Assembly (NCBI RefSeq): GCF_008831285.2
Contig: NC_045138.2
Location: 33,046,001-33,110,000, forward strand
DNA length: 64,000 nt
Direction: 5' to 3'
Source: Nymphaea colorata
Lineage: Eukaryota
The notes beneath the pieces are model-generated. The model made no database searches. It was not told where the DNA came from and saw only the letters and a program-made list of their open reading frames with translations. Shown in pieces: positions 1-12,100 of this stretch (position 1 is the first letter of the stretch; each line of letters begins with the position of its first letter). The translations under genes and the position numbers were made by a program.

Positions 1-528
1 TAAAATTGTCATTTAAGATTTTCTTTTTTTCCACTTTACCAATTTCGCCCATATTGGGGAGTTCTTGTTTTCCCTCATGTTAACTTCAATCCAACACACC
101 GTCAAACCGAATCAGACTTGAGCAAATTGTGCATGGAGAATAGATGCACCGTTTACAAGCGTATTATTTACCACAGACAGCTAGCTATCGAATCCTTAAG
201 GATTGACTTAAAAGTATATGCAAACAATGAACGAGTATTTCTCTAGTTAACTTTGCTTTTTGGGCCTTACAATCATGGGAAAATACAGTCATAATCTGTC
301 TCACCCTGCGCGAGTGACAGAATTGGAGCAACCACCTGCATCATCCTTCACTCTCCATGGACAGCAATGGTGGTACACTTCAAGGGCTCATAACGTCCAC
401 ATGACCGGGAACAGATGGGATTCATGGCTCATGCTCCGTTTGGCTTTGTCCAATTCACGGTCTCTTCTCCGCAAATTAGTTACGAGCGGGGTTGAGACTG
501 GTGCTTCAACTTCATCCATGTCTGCCCT

Positions 529-768
529 TCAATTGGGTCCCCAGCAGCTAAGGTATACAACTGTTCGCATCGACTCCTCGCCGCCAATTCTGCCCTTTGC
601 CGGAGGATGGCCGGAGACGGGAGACGCCTGTCGCGAACCTCGCAGCGGCCTCGTCGCCCTCCATTGTGTGGCTTTGAGTGTAGAAGTTGGTTTCACAGTC
701 TGGTACTTCAACCCTAATGCTGCTCCGACGCCAGCAGCTGCTATCCAAGCTTTCTTGGCATACTTCAT
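529..768 (-). CDS. Wound-induced polypeptide (DUF3774/WIP family), copy 1, 79 aa
   Basis: Intronless ORF MKYAKKAWIAAAGVGAALGLKYQ...EESMRTVVYLSCWGPN*. The N-terminal W-x-A-A-x-x-V-G-A...LK-x-Q and C-terminal EES-x-R-x-V-x-YLSCWGPN segments match the family. Candidate minus-strand TATA near 1148-1154. Confidence 0.93.
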   Translation of the reverse strand: MKYAKKAWIAAAGVGAALGLKYQTVKPTSTLKATQWRATRPLRGSRQASPVSGHPPAKGRIGGEESMRTVVYLSCWGPN

Positions 769-2624
769 TGCTTTATATATGCTTCAGTACACGGAAGTTG
801 GAGTTGGCCACGATTTGAAGCCAAAAGTAAAGAAATTCCGTGTTGGGTCACCTACGTTAATACGAAGGACATGACTTGCAGGATGAATCCTCAGCTACAT
901 GCATGGCAGGCAAAGACCAGGGAGATGAAGTCTTCGATCTGGAGTGCACTTTCTCTGCGTAAGAAACAACAAAAAGAAGAAAAAAGAAGGTGGTAATCAA
1001 GAAAATTTTCCTTATGAACCATTTAATCCGACTGTGACCAAGATTATTGGCTGTGCAGGGCCAAGAGGCTCAATCTCTCTCATTCTTGAACTAATGAAAG
1101 GAGAGATCTTCAAACCCAAAGTTCATGAATGATAGGAACGCATACTGTATTATAGGACACTGGGATTAAATAACAGTTGGAAGATGGTGGTTTTGGCGCT
1201 GGTGGTATTGCTGCTTTGGAACATGGAACATGGTTTTGGAAAACCACCGGCCAAAACGGTGTTCGCCATGAATAAGGGAAAAAGGGAAGATGTGGATGGA
1301 CAGTCTTTTCATTTGTGATTCTTTTCCCTATCTTTTATTTCTCTTTTGGTTTTTTTTTTTCAAATTTAAGCTTGAGTTATAGGTAATTACCATGCACATT
1401 CCCTTGCGATTTCATAAACTATCCTTAGTTTAAACTTACACCATTTTAGTTGACAAATATTTGACCCGAAAATAACTAATTTCACACTTGAACAAACGTG
1501 TAGGATATATATATATATATGGCTTATTAATTAGAACGAAGTTGAAAAATAACTCTCTTTTTCTTTTTGCGCCATCCACTTGCGTTTTGTGTGATCTGAT
1601 TATTATAACTTGTGGCTCATTTTGTTTGGGGTTTTTGTCAACACCCGGTGACATACTTCCCCACTTCATGCAATGCATGTAACAAAGGTTTGTGAGAGAC
1701 GCAGTTGGGTCCCCATGAATGAGATAGCAACGTTACGCCGTTGTATATGTCCATTTTCCAGCATCAGTTGATCCATCGGTAGAGAAGTAAACGGGTCTGG
1801 TTAGGGTCTGAGGTATTTATTCACCTTAATTTCTCTAATTATCAGATATAATTAATCAATTAACTAATAACAAAATTAGCGTATTTTTTAAATTAAAAAA
1901 AATACTATTAGATGCAAAATCTTGAACTGGATACACGTTCATTATTTGGTAGTCTCTGATTTAAAATTCTTAGGATTTGAAAACTGTGGATTTAAGAGAC
2001 TCATAGTTTAACCCTGATTACAAAAAACTTGCCTCATGCCCTCCTTGATGCGTCCCCTAGTTCATTGGTGACTTGAAAAAATAATCCTTTCAAACCAAAA
2101 TATGTATTGCGAAAATTATAATTGTCGTCAGCGCTTTACGTCGAGAACTGCTTTTCTTCACCGTTATGAATTGTAGGCCCAGGTTCCTTTCTCTCCCTTT
2201 CTGCATTTAATAAATGAATTTGAGAATCCATTTTCCCATGGAAATACTTGTTTTCAGCACAGCAACGTTGAAGACAACCCAAGAAATGCATTAGTCTGAA
2301 GCAAATTTTCACGAGGAACTGCTGAACATGACGTCCCTTTTTCCCAGGACATGAACGATCAATCAAACACCCAGCCGTTACGATGGAAATGTTCGACGCT
2401 GAGTCTCTCACGAAAGAGGCTGAAACAGTTGTTCACTTTCTTCATTGAGTGTGACTGTCGATCTTTTAGTATCCGATCGTTTCATGTAATTTTCGCAGGA
2501 AACTGTCGATTTGACATTCTCTTTCTCACCATATGCTAAACAGACACCCAATCACCATGGTTGGAAAAGTCCCATCATACGACAAATGCAGGCCTTCTTA
2601 GTTCATTATAGCCACCGGTAGGAT

Positions 2625-2661
2625 CTCTCTCTCTCTCTCTCTCCCTCTCTCTCCCTCTCTC
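2625..2661. repeat. (CT)n microsatellite
   Basis: Imperfect CT run seen directly. Similar runs occur at ~7434-7466 and ~44606-44633. Confidence 0.9.
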
Positions 2662-5304
2662 TAAAATCTAAGTCTAGAATTTAAGTTGCCTTCTTCAATG
2701 CAGATCTGCCCAGTGTTCAATATAAACTAATGTTGTTAATGATATTCATGACCGAACAAAATTTCAATTTGCAATCTAAGAAGCGAGGTTATCAAACTCC
2801 CAATTTCAGGAACTGAAGTGCTAAAAAACTGATGGATAGGCAAGTTTCGTTTCATTTTTGGCTGCACCGATCCAATTCGAACCCACGTCTGATGAATGTA
2901 TTACAAACTGTCTCATCTGGGGTCGGCCCTTTCTGCTTTCCTCCTGATCATCCCCTGCTATCCACCGAAAACTAATCACAAACATCTATCCGCAACTTCA
3001 CTTCATCTCATTGACGCTAATTACCGTTCTGGCGTTCCATTTTGTGGACGGGGCAAAAGAACGCAAGGAATCCAGATTCCAAACGACAAGTGGAGATAGA
3101 TAGAACGGCCATTAATTGAAGCGAAACGTTGACATGGAAAACAGGGTGACTGCTGATCAATGGTAATCACGAGAAATCTTTTCTATGAACCGATTCATTG
3201 CCCATGGAGGCTTTAATTTGGAAGATATGTGACAAGAACTATAAAGAGGATCACGTGCTACCGGGCCACGCAAATTGACGATGAATGATGATGGCAGTAC
3301 GTCAACATCTGAAAGAGCTCCCATATTCATCCGCAGTCGTGTATCTCTAAGGCAATCATAATAAGACTGAAGGAAATGGTGTGATCGTGCATCATTCAGC
3401 AGGACATCCATCATGTTTTGTCCCTTTCTTTCACCTGAAGTTTCCGTGGAAATGCACTCAAACCAATGCACTTTCTTGGGCGCATAACTGCAAGGGGCAG
3501 CCCTGCTTTAGTCTCGTCGTCTTCCTGCACTGGCTGCTGTGAACAAGAAAGCACAATTGAAGTCAGTGCAACCATGGAGAACATGGTGTGTTTTAGCTTC
3601 TTGGTGCCATCATCCCCAGCTCGAGTAGCTGGGTGCGAACAATTCGTGTAATCTGCTGCCAAATCCTTTCTCAGAAAAAACTATCGTCTCCTTTCAGTTC
3701 TTCTGAGATGGGCAGTCATTAGGAATCAGTGTTCGATGTAGGCAGCCAGCAGTCCCTTAATTTCTCCCCCTCAAGACTCTTAGTTGGTCGTTTGGATCAA
3801 GCTGAACAATAAATTTTAACATGGAGTTATTCAGAAGGGTCGATTGGGTGTGATTCAGGTTTGGTAAGATTGGACGTTTACATGGAACATTCTAATAAAA
3901 GTTCCTGCATTCATGTCAGATATATCTCGATCTACATGTCAATGTTAACCGATTAGATGATGACGAGCATACATGGTGGCATGTTTAGTTTGATGAAAAC
4001 AATATAGAGCAATCACAGCCCTCGAGGGGTTATACATGAAGTCAGGAATGATGACAGGGATGACAAAGGACCCCCTCCTGGCTTTGCAAAATGGTTCCCA
4101 TAAGCAGAACTGATAAAAGGGGAACATGCGCATGCCTTGCTTTCTTGACACATAATTGAACATGCTGATGCCTGAAGCTAAAAAGCTTCTGCTCTTTGGG
4201 AAAAGAGTGTGCTCTTTTTATGCAAACTCGGTGGTCGATATCAAAATGTTGTAAAAGAAACCATGATCACTTTACAGTGCAATTTGTGGTATATCCTTCA
4301 ACTGTTCTCCTTTTCTTTTTCACAGCACTTACTTCTGGAGTTAAGATTGTTCTTTAATAGAATTGCTAAATAGGTTTCGTAAGTTTATACTAGTATAGAA
4401 AAGAATCATGCATTAATGCTAAAGGACCGTTAAAGTAAGAAAGATGAAACAGTTTTTCTCGTTTCTGTACTTGCACCTTTTCTTTTCAAAATTTTGTGAA
4501 GCTTAACATAATCAGAAAGCAGTGCTTAAAATTGATAGGAGATCAAGAAGCTTAATTGGCAAACAATAACAAACCTGAATAAGAACAATCTTAACTCCAG
4601 AACATCGAGCATCACAGCAAAAGCCATAAGATTTCTGCTCCCAAGTCTTCCTTTTTCTGGAAAAATTTTAACTGAGTGAAAAGGAATCAGTACTGATGGC
4701 CACTTTATTCAATTTAAAAACCAACTTGACAGCAACAGCTTAATGGATCAGCAATTAATTGGTCAATAAGTTTAATTATTTGATATGCGGAAGATATGCA
4801 TGCGCTACAAAAATTATCGGGTAAGCCCATAGTTTGAAATCTCGTTTTCGAGCCTCTTTGTCATGTTTCATGAACAATTCCGACTCGAAAGCACGGGTTC
4901 TTCGGAAGGACTTATCCAACTTAGAGGATTTTTGATAAGAAAAACTTCGCATGATCCAAAAATGCCATATTATTAGTTTAGGAAACTTGATGTAATTATG
5001 TATGTTCTTCCTAGAACCATCCATCAAATGTTAAACATGGTGCTCTTCTTCGAACATGTGTGCTAAAGACAATATTTTTCTTGCTAAAGACCCCTATGCT
5101 TTTGGAAGTCAGGTCTTTAATGTGGTCTAGCCGGTGGCAGAGCTAGGAAGTTTTTGTCCTGGGTAACAAACTATAGTTTCAAAAATTTAATAGGGTATTG
5201 TTAACCTACCTGTGAATACATTCGATGCTTTTAACACAAATTGGATATGAGGGCTATTTATGTCGAATCTGGGTCTACCTTTCTTGCATAATCTTTCAGA
5301 TTTT

Positions 5305-5736
5305 TAGGGATGTCAATGGATAATACTCCGATTTATCATATGTTTACGTATTAGGGTTCAAATTCGGATTCAAATGCGATCGAGAAAAAGTTTATATCAT
5401 ATCCAAATCTGAAATTTTAAATTCTCAATCTGAATTTGCCTTTTATTTCACATTTGAATCTGAATCTGAATCTGATTTTGAAATAAGCACCAACAAATCC
5501 CAACCAGTCTATGATATGGTCTAATTGATATTGGATATAGGATTTAAAAGTAAGTTTAAATCTAAATCAGAACATTTACTTAAAACCAAATCTAAATCCG
5601 AACCGACCGGACATCGTTTCTTGAGTTTGAAATCGATCTGGTTTTTTAATGGAACTTTAAATCTTTCTCCATACATGACATAAGCATTCCGGCCAGTTAT
5701 CGGAACAAAATCAAATCTAATCCATTGACATCCCTA
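5305..5736. mobile_element. MITE / non-autonomous hAT-like element, 432 bp
   Basis: Perfect 17-bp TIR TAGGGATGTCAATGGAT (5305-5321) / ATCCATTGACATCCCTA (5720-5736), with an interior rich in AATCTG/ATCCGA repeats. No matching TSD. Confidence 0.8.
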
Positions 5737-7607
5737 CCTATCCATGTGGGTGGGGGCGTAGACGACAAAAAACAGCTAAGGGCTATGGAACTAAGCCCTA
5801 CGCCAAACTTAGCACTCAGCGTATGCTTTAGCTTTACATTACAAAAAGCTAATAACCATGTGGCTTGCTACTCATTTCTCAGTGCTCATGAAGTGCGCCT
5901 CAAAAGATTATTTAAAAAGTTAGTTGGAAACGAACAGTATTTTTCTCTCTAGAAAGTATCAACCCGCCCCACTTCCCCGCCTTTGTTTTTTCGCCTCTCC
6001 AAGTCAATCACGTCATTATTATAATTCGGTTGATGGATCTGGATTCTATTCCATATTCCCTATCACATGAAGAACATGAATAAGATAAGATGTCTGTTAA
6101 AATCTATGCGGATCTGCTAAATTTGATTCCTCAAGCATGCACGAATGGCCCGTGAAACATCTCCAACTCGACAAAATAACATAAAATAGAATCTCACATA
6201 TATGCTTATGCTTCCTTTCCATGCGGATAAAATTTGTTTATGATCTTGTTTAGTATGAAGTGCTAAAAAATGATCGAAGGCGAAGCCTGAAGTTTTGATT
6301 CCGGGGACGAGCTTCTTCCGAAATATTAGAAAGAGATATATATTTTTTTGATAATATATATAGATGATCACATTTTGGTACAATATCATAGTTTTGGAAA
6401 ACTATTATATTATTTTACTTTAACCTTAGTGTTTTACAATGTGTTCATATGCTTTGATATTCTAAAATGTGTTGTTATTAAGACTTTTTCAGTTTTTTGA
6501 AAAGACTTTAACTATAATCGAATTTGTCCGTGTCAAGCTTTTTCTTCGGACCAGATTAGAGGAAGATCGATTCCTCGCTGTAAAAACAATAAGTTGTTAC
6601 CCTTTTAATGACAACAACATGTAAGTTGTAAAATTTTCTTTGACCTAGAATCTAAAGCAACTAAATAACACATAAAAGTGAGACCATGTTTTTAAAGCCA
6701 ATATTTATAACTTTCTCTACCTTTGTCAAAGCCAAACGAAAACAGTTAAAAATATCATAATTTTTTTATTTACCTGTTCTTAAAATTATTATTCGCATAT
6801 GCAAAAGTTTTTTTTTTTATTTTTTATAAGAGACAAATTTAAAATGGAGAAGCCTATTAAAACTCAAAAGGCACTATAGCACGACCAACGGTACATCGAT
6901 AAGATGGGGATGAACTATTAAAAACGGATAAGATCGAATCAAGCCGTTGACTCCTGTCAACCCTCAGCCCAAAGTCCCAACCCAGTGGGCTCGAGGTAGT
7001 CCATCCGAAGTCAAATGCCTAATCTTGTAATTAACAGCAAAAGGGTCGGGCGTCAACCTTCGAGGGTAAAGTAGAGAACTGTGTGTTGTTGAACGAATCT
7101 TTCGAGCAACAAGCCCTTCCCCAAGACTTTGCCATGTTTCAAGCAAAAAGGAAAAAACTATCCCAAGAGCTCTCCTGCTTTCATGTTGCGTCTGGGCTTG
7201 TTGGCTAGGTACGCCATTGCGTCACCGGAATATTAGCATTACAAAGATCGACCGCATTGAGAATGGGGACAAGGGAAGGGATGCAGTAGGAAAGTCAACA
7301 CTGAGAAGTGGGTCCCGCAAATCATTAAGAAAGGCGCGTCCGGATTCGAAATCACAATGCGATGCGATTAATCGATCGTTTTAAATTCCGATGCGCCCCT
7401 TTTTTTTTTTCACTCCTTTTATTACTGCCTACGCCTCTCTCTCTCTCTCTCTGTTCTCTCTCTGTCTCAGAGTGAAGCGGCTGAGGAAGGAAGGGGTTTT
7501 GGAACTTTGGAGCGAGGAGGGAAGTTGATTGCAGGAAGAACTGTGTTGGTTGCCGGATTGCGGCTGCCGATGGCCTGAATCCAGCTGGAAAGTCGCGTTC
7601 TTCTCTT

Positions 7608-9162
7608 ATGGCTCTACCCGACGCGAAGTCTCCGACGGAAGGTAAGGTCTGGAACCTCTGCCGGATGCCGTTCTGGCAATCCGGAGCGACATCGTCTTCC
7701 CCTTCATCTTCCTCCCAGAACGCTCAGCTTCAGCAGAGCGGAAGCCAGGGCCAGGCCGAAGGCTCGAACCCAAAGCCGAACACTGTTTCGTCCGTCGCTC
7801 GCGCTCTCCTCCCGACTCGCCGTCGTCTTCGGCTTGATCCGACGAACAAGCTCTACTTTCCATGTACGACTCTCTCTCTCTCTCTTCCCCCTCTCCCGCG
7901 CCCTCGGCTCACGGTGCTGACGATTCTTCGGGTTTCTGTTGTGAAGATGAGCCAGGGAAGCAAGTAAAGAGTGCAGTGAGGATTGTAAACACAAGTAAAT
8001 CTCACGTAGCGTTTAAGGTGCGGTGGTTCGCCTTATGTTTTTTGTGAGATTAGCTTCTCGATTAGAGATCGACAGTGTTGTGTTTCTTACGTTTGACAAT
8101 GTTGGGTTTTATGGCGTTAACTTCTTTTAGTTCCAAACGACTGCGCCAAAGAGTTGCTTTATGCGTCCCCCCGGAGGGATACTTTCACCCGGAGAGAGCA
8201 TTATAGCCACTGGTAGGGCTCTTTCTCTCTCTCTCTCTATGCCTCTTCCCTTTTTTTTCCTTAAAAAATATATATGTTCTTTCTCCTTTTCGGAAGCTTC
8301 ATCTTGACAGATTGTGTTTAACAATGTCCAGTCTTCAAATTCGTTGAGCACCCCGAAAATAATGAGAAAGTGTCGGACCAGAAGACCAAAGTCAAGTTCA
8401 AAATCGTCAGTTTGAAGGTGAAAGGGGGAATGGAGTATGTGCCCGAGCTGGTGAGACTTTCCCTCCTCTAAGAATAAAATTTGTGATTCTTTCTCTTGAT
8501 TGTATCCGTTTGCTTTAAGTTGCGTTCGTTATTGATTCTGTATTTCTGTTGTTCATCGTTATCCTTAACGTGAACTTCCTATTATTTGATTTGGTGTTTG
8601 AATATGATTTACTTGTTAAATTGGCTCTTGTTTTGCTTGTTCTCTCAATGTTTTACAAGTGAATTGCGTATCACCTAATGACTTGCCCTGTTGCTTGATT
8701 TAGTTCGATGAGCAAAAGGATCAGGTCTCTGTGGAGCAGATTCTACGAGTAATTTTCTTGGATCCTGAACGACGTTCTCCGGTAAGTCATTGTTAAGTTC
8801 CAATCCGTGTTTGTTATCCCCCTTCAAGAGGGCGAGAGTAATGGGCTTGATCTATATGCTCGCCGATGCAGCACTTGGAAAAACTTAAACGTCAACTTGA
8901 TGAGGCAGAGGCAGCCCTTGAGGCACGGAAAAAACCCCCGGAGGATGCTGGACCGAAGATTGTCGGTGAAGGCCTCGTCATTGATGAATGGGTAAACCAA
9001 CTTTTCTTTACCCGTTGGTTGTGTTTTCTGCATGATATTTGGGTTCATCATTTAAATTCTTTTTCTGTATGTGTTTTCTATGTCCGCTTTCAAATTTTAC
9101 AGAAGGAGAGAAGAGAAAAGTATCTAGCACGGCAACAAGTGGAAGGCGCTGATTCAGTATAA
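7608..9162 (+). CDS. Vesicle-associated protein (VAP27 clade III / PVA4-MAMI-like, MSP domain, no C-terminal TM helix), 261 aa
   Basis: Exons 7608-7863, 7947-8017, 8131-8212, 8332-8450, 8704-8781, 8872-8991, 9103-9162. All introns are GT-AG and the total of 786 nt is in frame. Motifs: LLPTRRRLRLDP, KLYFPYEPGKQV, HVAFKFQTTAPKSCFMRPPGG, GEGLVIDEWKERREKYLARQQ. Confidence 0.95.
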
Positions 9163-12100
9163 TGTGGCATTGTCTCTATGATGTAAGATTTCATGATTTG
9201 GCAATGATTTGTAATGTGTTCGGATGGATTTACCATCTCTTTTTCTTGGCATGAAAGTGATAATATTTAGTTTAATTTCAAGAAAAAATATGGTGGTGCT
9301 GATGGATCTTGAAATAGGACATAGACCTGTGCAACTGCGGGGCATTCCTACTTGTAGATAACATGATTTTGCTTCCTATGAATAAAACTGATTTTCATTT
9401 CTGTACATATTTTTAGGTAACAAGTAGACACTTCTGCAAGTATTTTTTTGTTGCTTTAACATTTTGGGGTCTCTGTGGCATTTGAATTGGTTGTCGGATG
9501 ACAATTGCTAATTGTCAATGCCTCAATGCATTAAGGATGGCTGTTTTCTTCTAGGACTCTCACCTGTTTCTTGTTTCTTGTTTGCTGTCTATTGTTTAAT
9601 GAATTCAGAATTCAAGTTTGCAATCGAGAAAATGAAAATAAGAACTTGAGGTTAGTGTGCAACCTTTTCTACAGAATTTTTAAATGATGCCCTTGTACAC
9701 CATGATAGACTTCTAATTGTAGGAAATCTGAAGGTTGTCGGTGAAGGGTAAATAGGCTGTCAATGTCCATTAAGATTTCTATCATTGGTTTCTTAATGCT
9801 GTCACACATTACGGTTCTTATCCTGAAGAGAGTTGGGTGTTCACATCTGGTTTTGGATTTGATCGAACATGATAGAACAATCATTAAGGGGAAGGGGTCA
9901 CATTTACGTAACAGTAAGACGCCAGTCAATGACTTTATTTTTCTGAATATGATGATATTGTTGTGGGTGCTGCTTCCGGGTAGGTTATAGTAAGAATAGG
10001 AATATGATTACGTTCTGCCCATTGAAAAACTCCTCGGTGGATTTGCATTTCACTCTGTACTGTGTGATGATCATGAGATGGCAATAAGTTAGGAACGTCA
10101 AAAGGTATATGTTCATCAGTGACATTAGCACATGGCAGAATACCACTAGCATCCTAAAGCTTCTACAGTTTTTGTATTCAGATTGATATAGTGTGACCGG
10201 ATAACAAATTTTGCGTATGACTTTTCTTTTGTGGCTAGTGTGAGTAGCCTTTGCTGGGTGTTTGTTGAACAATGACGTGGGGACTAGAAAATCCAAGGTT
10301 GGCATCATACTTTTACACAACATTCTCATTAAGGGGGTTTACTTTTGTGACTAATCATGGGAAGGACAAAACTGGAAAACTTTCAGATACGCTCAATCTT
10401 ATATCGGCATGAGTAGGTAGATTTTTTCTAGGAGAATAGTTGCATAATCTACAATTCTGATCTATGTGGGTAACGATAAAGGCTAGATATGATCAGGAAA
10501 GGTGATAAAACAATGACAGCTGCTTCACAGGTACGATGATTGCTAGATCCTCCATTGTGAAGACCATTTTGAAGATCTCATTTGCGACCAACTGTGAGAA
10601 TTGAAGATGAGGGATATGTTGAAGTTGCCAACTGGGAGGTGCACATTTACTTGTGTTGTCTGATAATGGCTCGACATAAAATGTGTGGATAGCCCATTTT
10701 ATGTACTTTCAGGAAAGTCCCTGCATTACCTTGGCCGCATGCAGTAGGATATATGCTCCGATAATTATGCCTTAGACCTTGAACTTCACTATAAGCTAAC
10801 CAACCAACACACCTGGCCAGATACGTTGGGCCTTTGCTTGCTAATGTTTCTGGTTGAATTACTGTCACTTAGCTTGGCCACATTTGTTTGTCAGGCACGA
10901 ACTGTTGTCTGCATGTGGAATGAGGTTCTTTTGATGCCAACCTTTGTATGATTTTCATACAGTTCATACTATGATGTATGTATCACCTTCTAGTTCTGAA
11001 TTCAGTGATATCAATTGGGGATGTTGGGTGTTACATCTTTCAACCTTGGAAATGTCTGGGATATGTACATCCATTGCAGGTATAGTCAGCAAAGGTGCTG
11101 CCGTAATGTCTATTATTGTTTAGTCGCCTGCGTACTTCCCAATTCCCACAGCAGTTTTAGTAGTCAATTGTCATCTCTGTCCATGAGAATTTAGAGATCA
11201 GTCTTCATGTCGACTATAGGGATATCGGCCTATTTTTCCTGCTCCATCTTTTTTGTCGTTTACTTACTGAAATCCACTGACTAATCAGTCTTCATCGTTT
11301 AATTGTCACCTTCACATCCAAGACAGGAAAGCAGACGCTAACATATGGGCTTCTGGAATTCTTGTTGCTGCTGACCTGACTCCATTTTTTCTCTTGTTCT
11401 GCACCTTGCAATAACTTTGTTGCTGGTTCAGACGTGTCCTTGTAAGCTCAACAACGTGGGCACCAGATTGGACTTAAATCTTCAAATCGAAAGTGTTCAA
11501 TGCCTTAGGTATGTGGCCAGTTTGCCCAAAATCAATTCATCAATAAGATTGAATAAAAAACTTTGTTTTCTTTGCAGGCGTTTCGCAGATGAACATTATG
11601 TTTCTGAAACATGTAGTTCTCTCCAAAAAAATATGATATGAATGGATCCCAGACCACTAGGTCTGGGACAAGAACGAGATCACTCAAACTTTATTATTGA
11701 AGTGCTTTTTGCATAATCCAACTGTATAGATATGTTCTTAGGCTTGTTTTAATGATGGTACTCAAGTCATTTTTTGAATTTAGTATGTTTGTATAGCAAT
11801 TAAAAGAAAAAATGAATGGCTCTTATTACTACAAATTTTTAATAATATAAAGTTAACGATTTCCTTAAAAACAACTTGAACTGATGTATGTTCTACTTCT
11901 GCGTTGAAGTACTATTTATATACACTCTCGAATGTTAATCATTTAGGTGAAAACGTAGTCTTAGAAAGGTGTTTGTGAAATACAAATGCAATGGTTTTTT
12001 TAATTACTGAATTGATTGATAGACAAACGGATGCGGGCACCAATGACAAACAGTATGAGCACCAATATTCTATATGGTCGCCGCTGACAACATCGTCAAC

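Noticed and set aside
260..874. 204-aa plus-strand ORF, and the similar ORFs 14674-15399, 22111-22365, 54568-54960 and 36938-37354
   Set aside because: These are antisense shadows of the GC-richer WIP coding sequences, mostly with non-ATG starts and no family features.
1701..1755. Minus-strand frame containing SWGPN
   Set aside because: It lacks the preceding Cys and the SLR-x-V-x-YL context, and no stop follows. Probably chance, or a TCP-like GGNCCC site.
7570..7578. Tiny uORF ATG-GCC-TGA 30 nt upstream of the VAP start
   Set aside because: The sequence is real, but there is no evidence of conservation or use, and such uORFs are common by chance.
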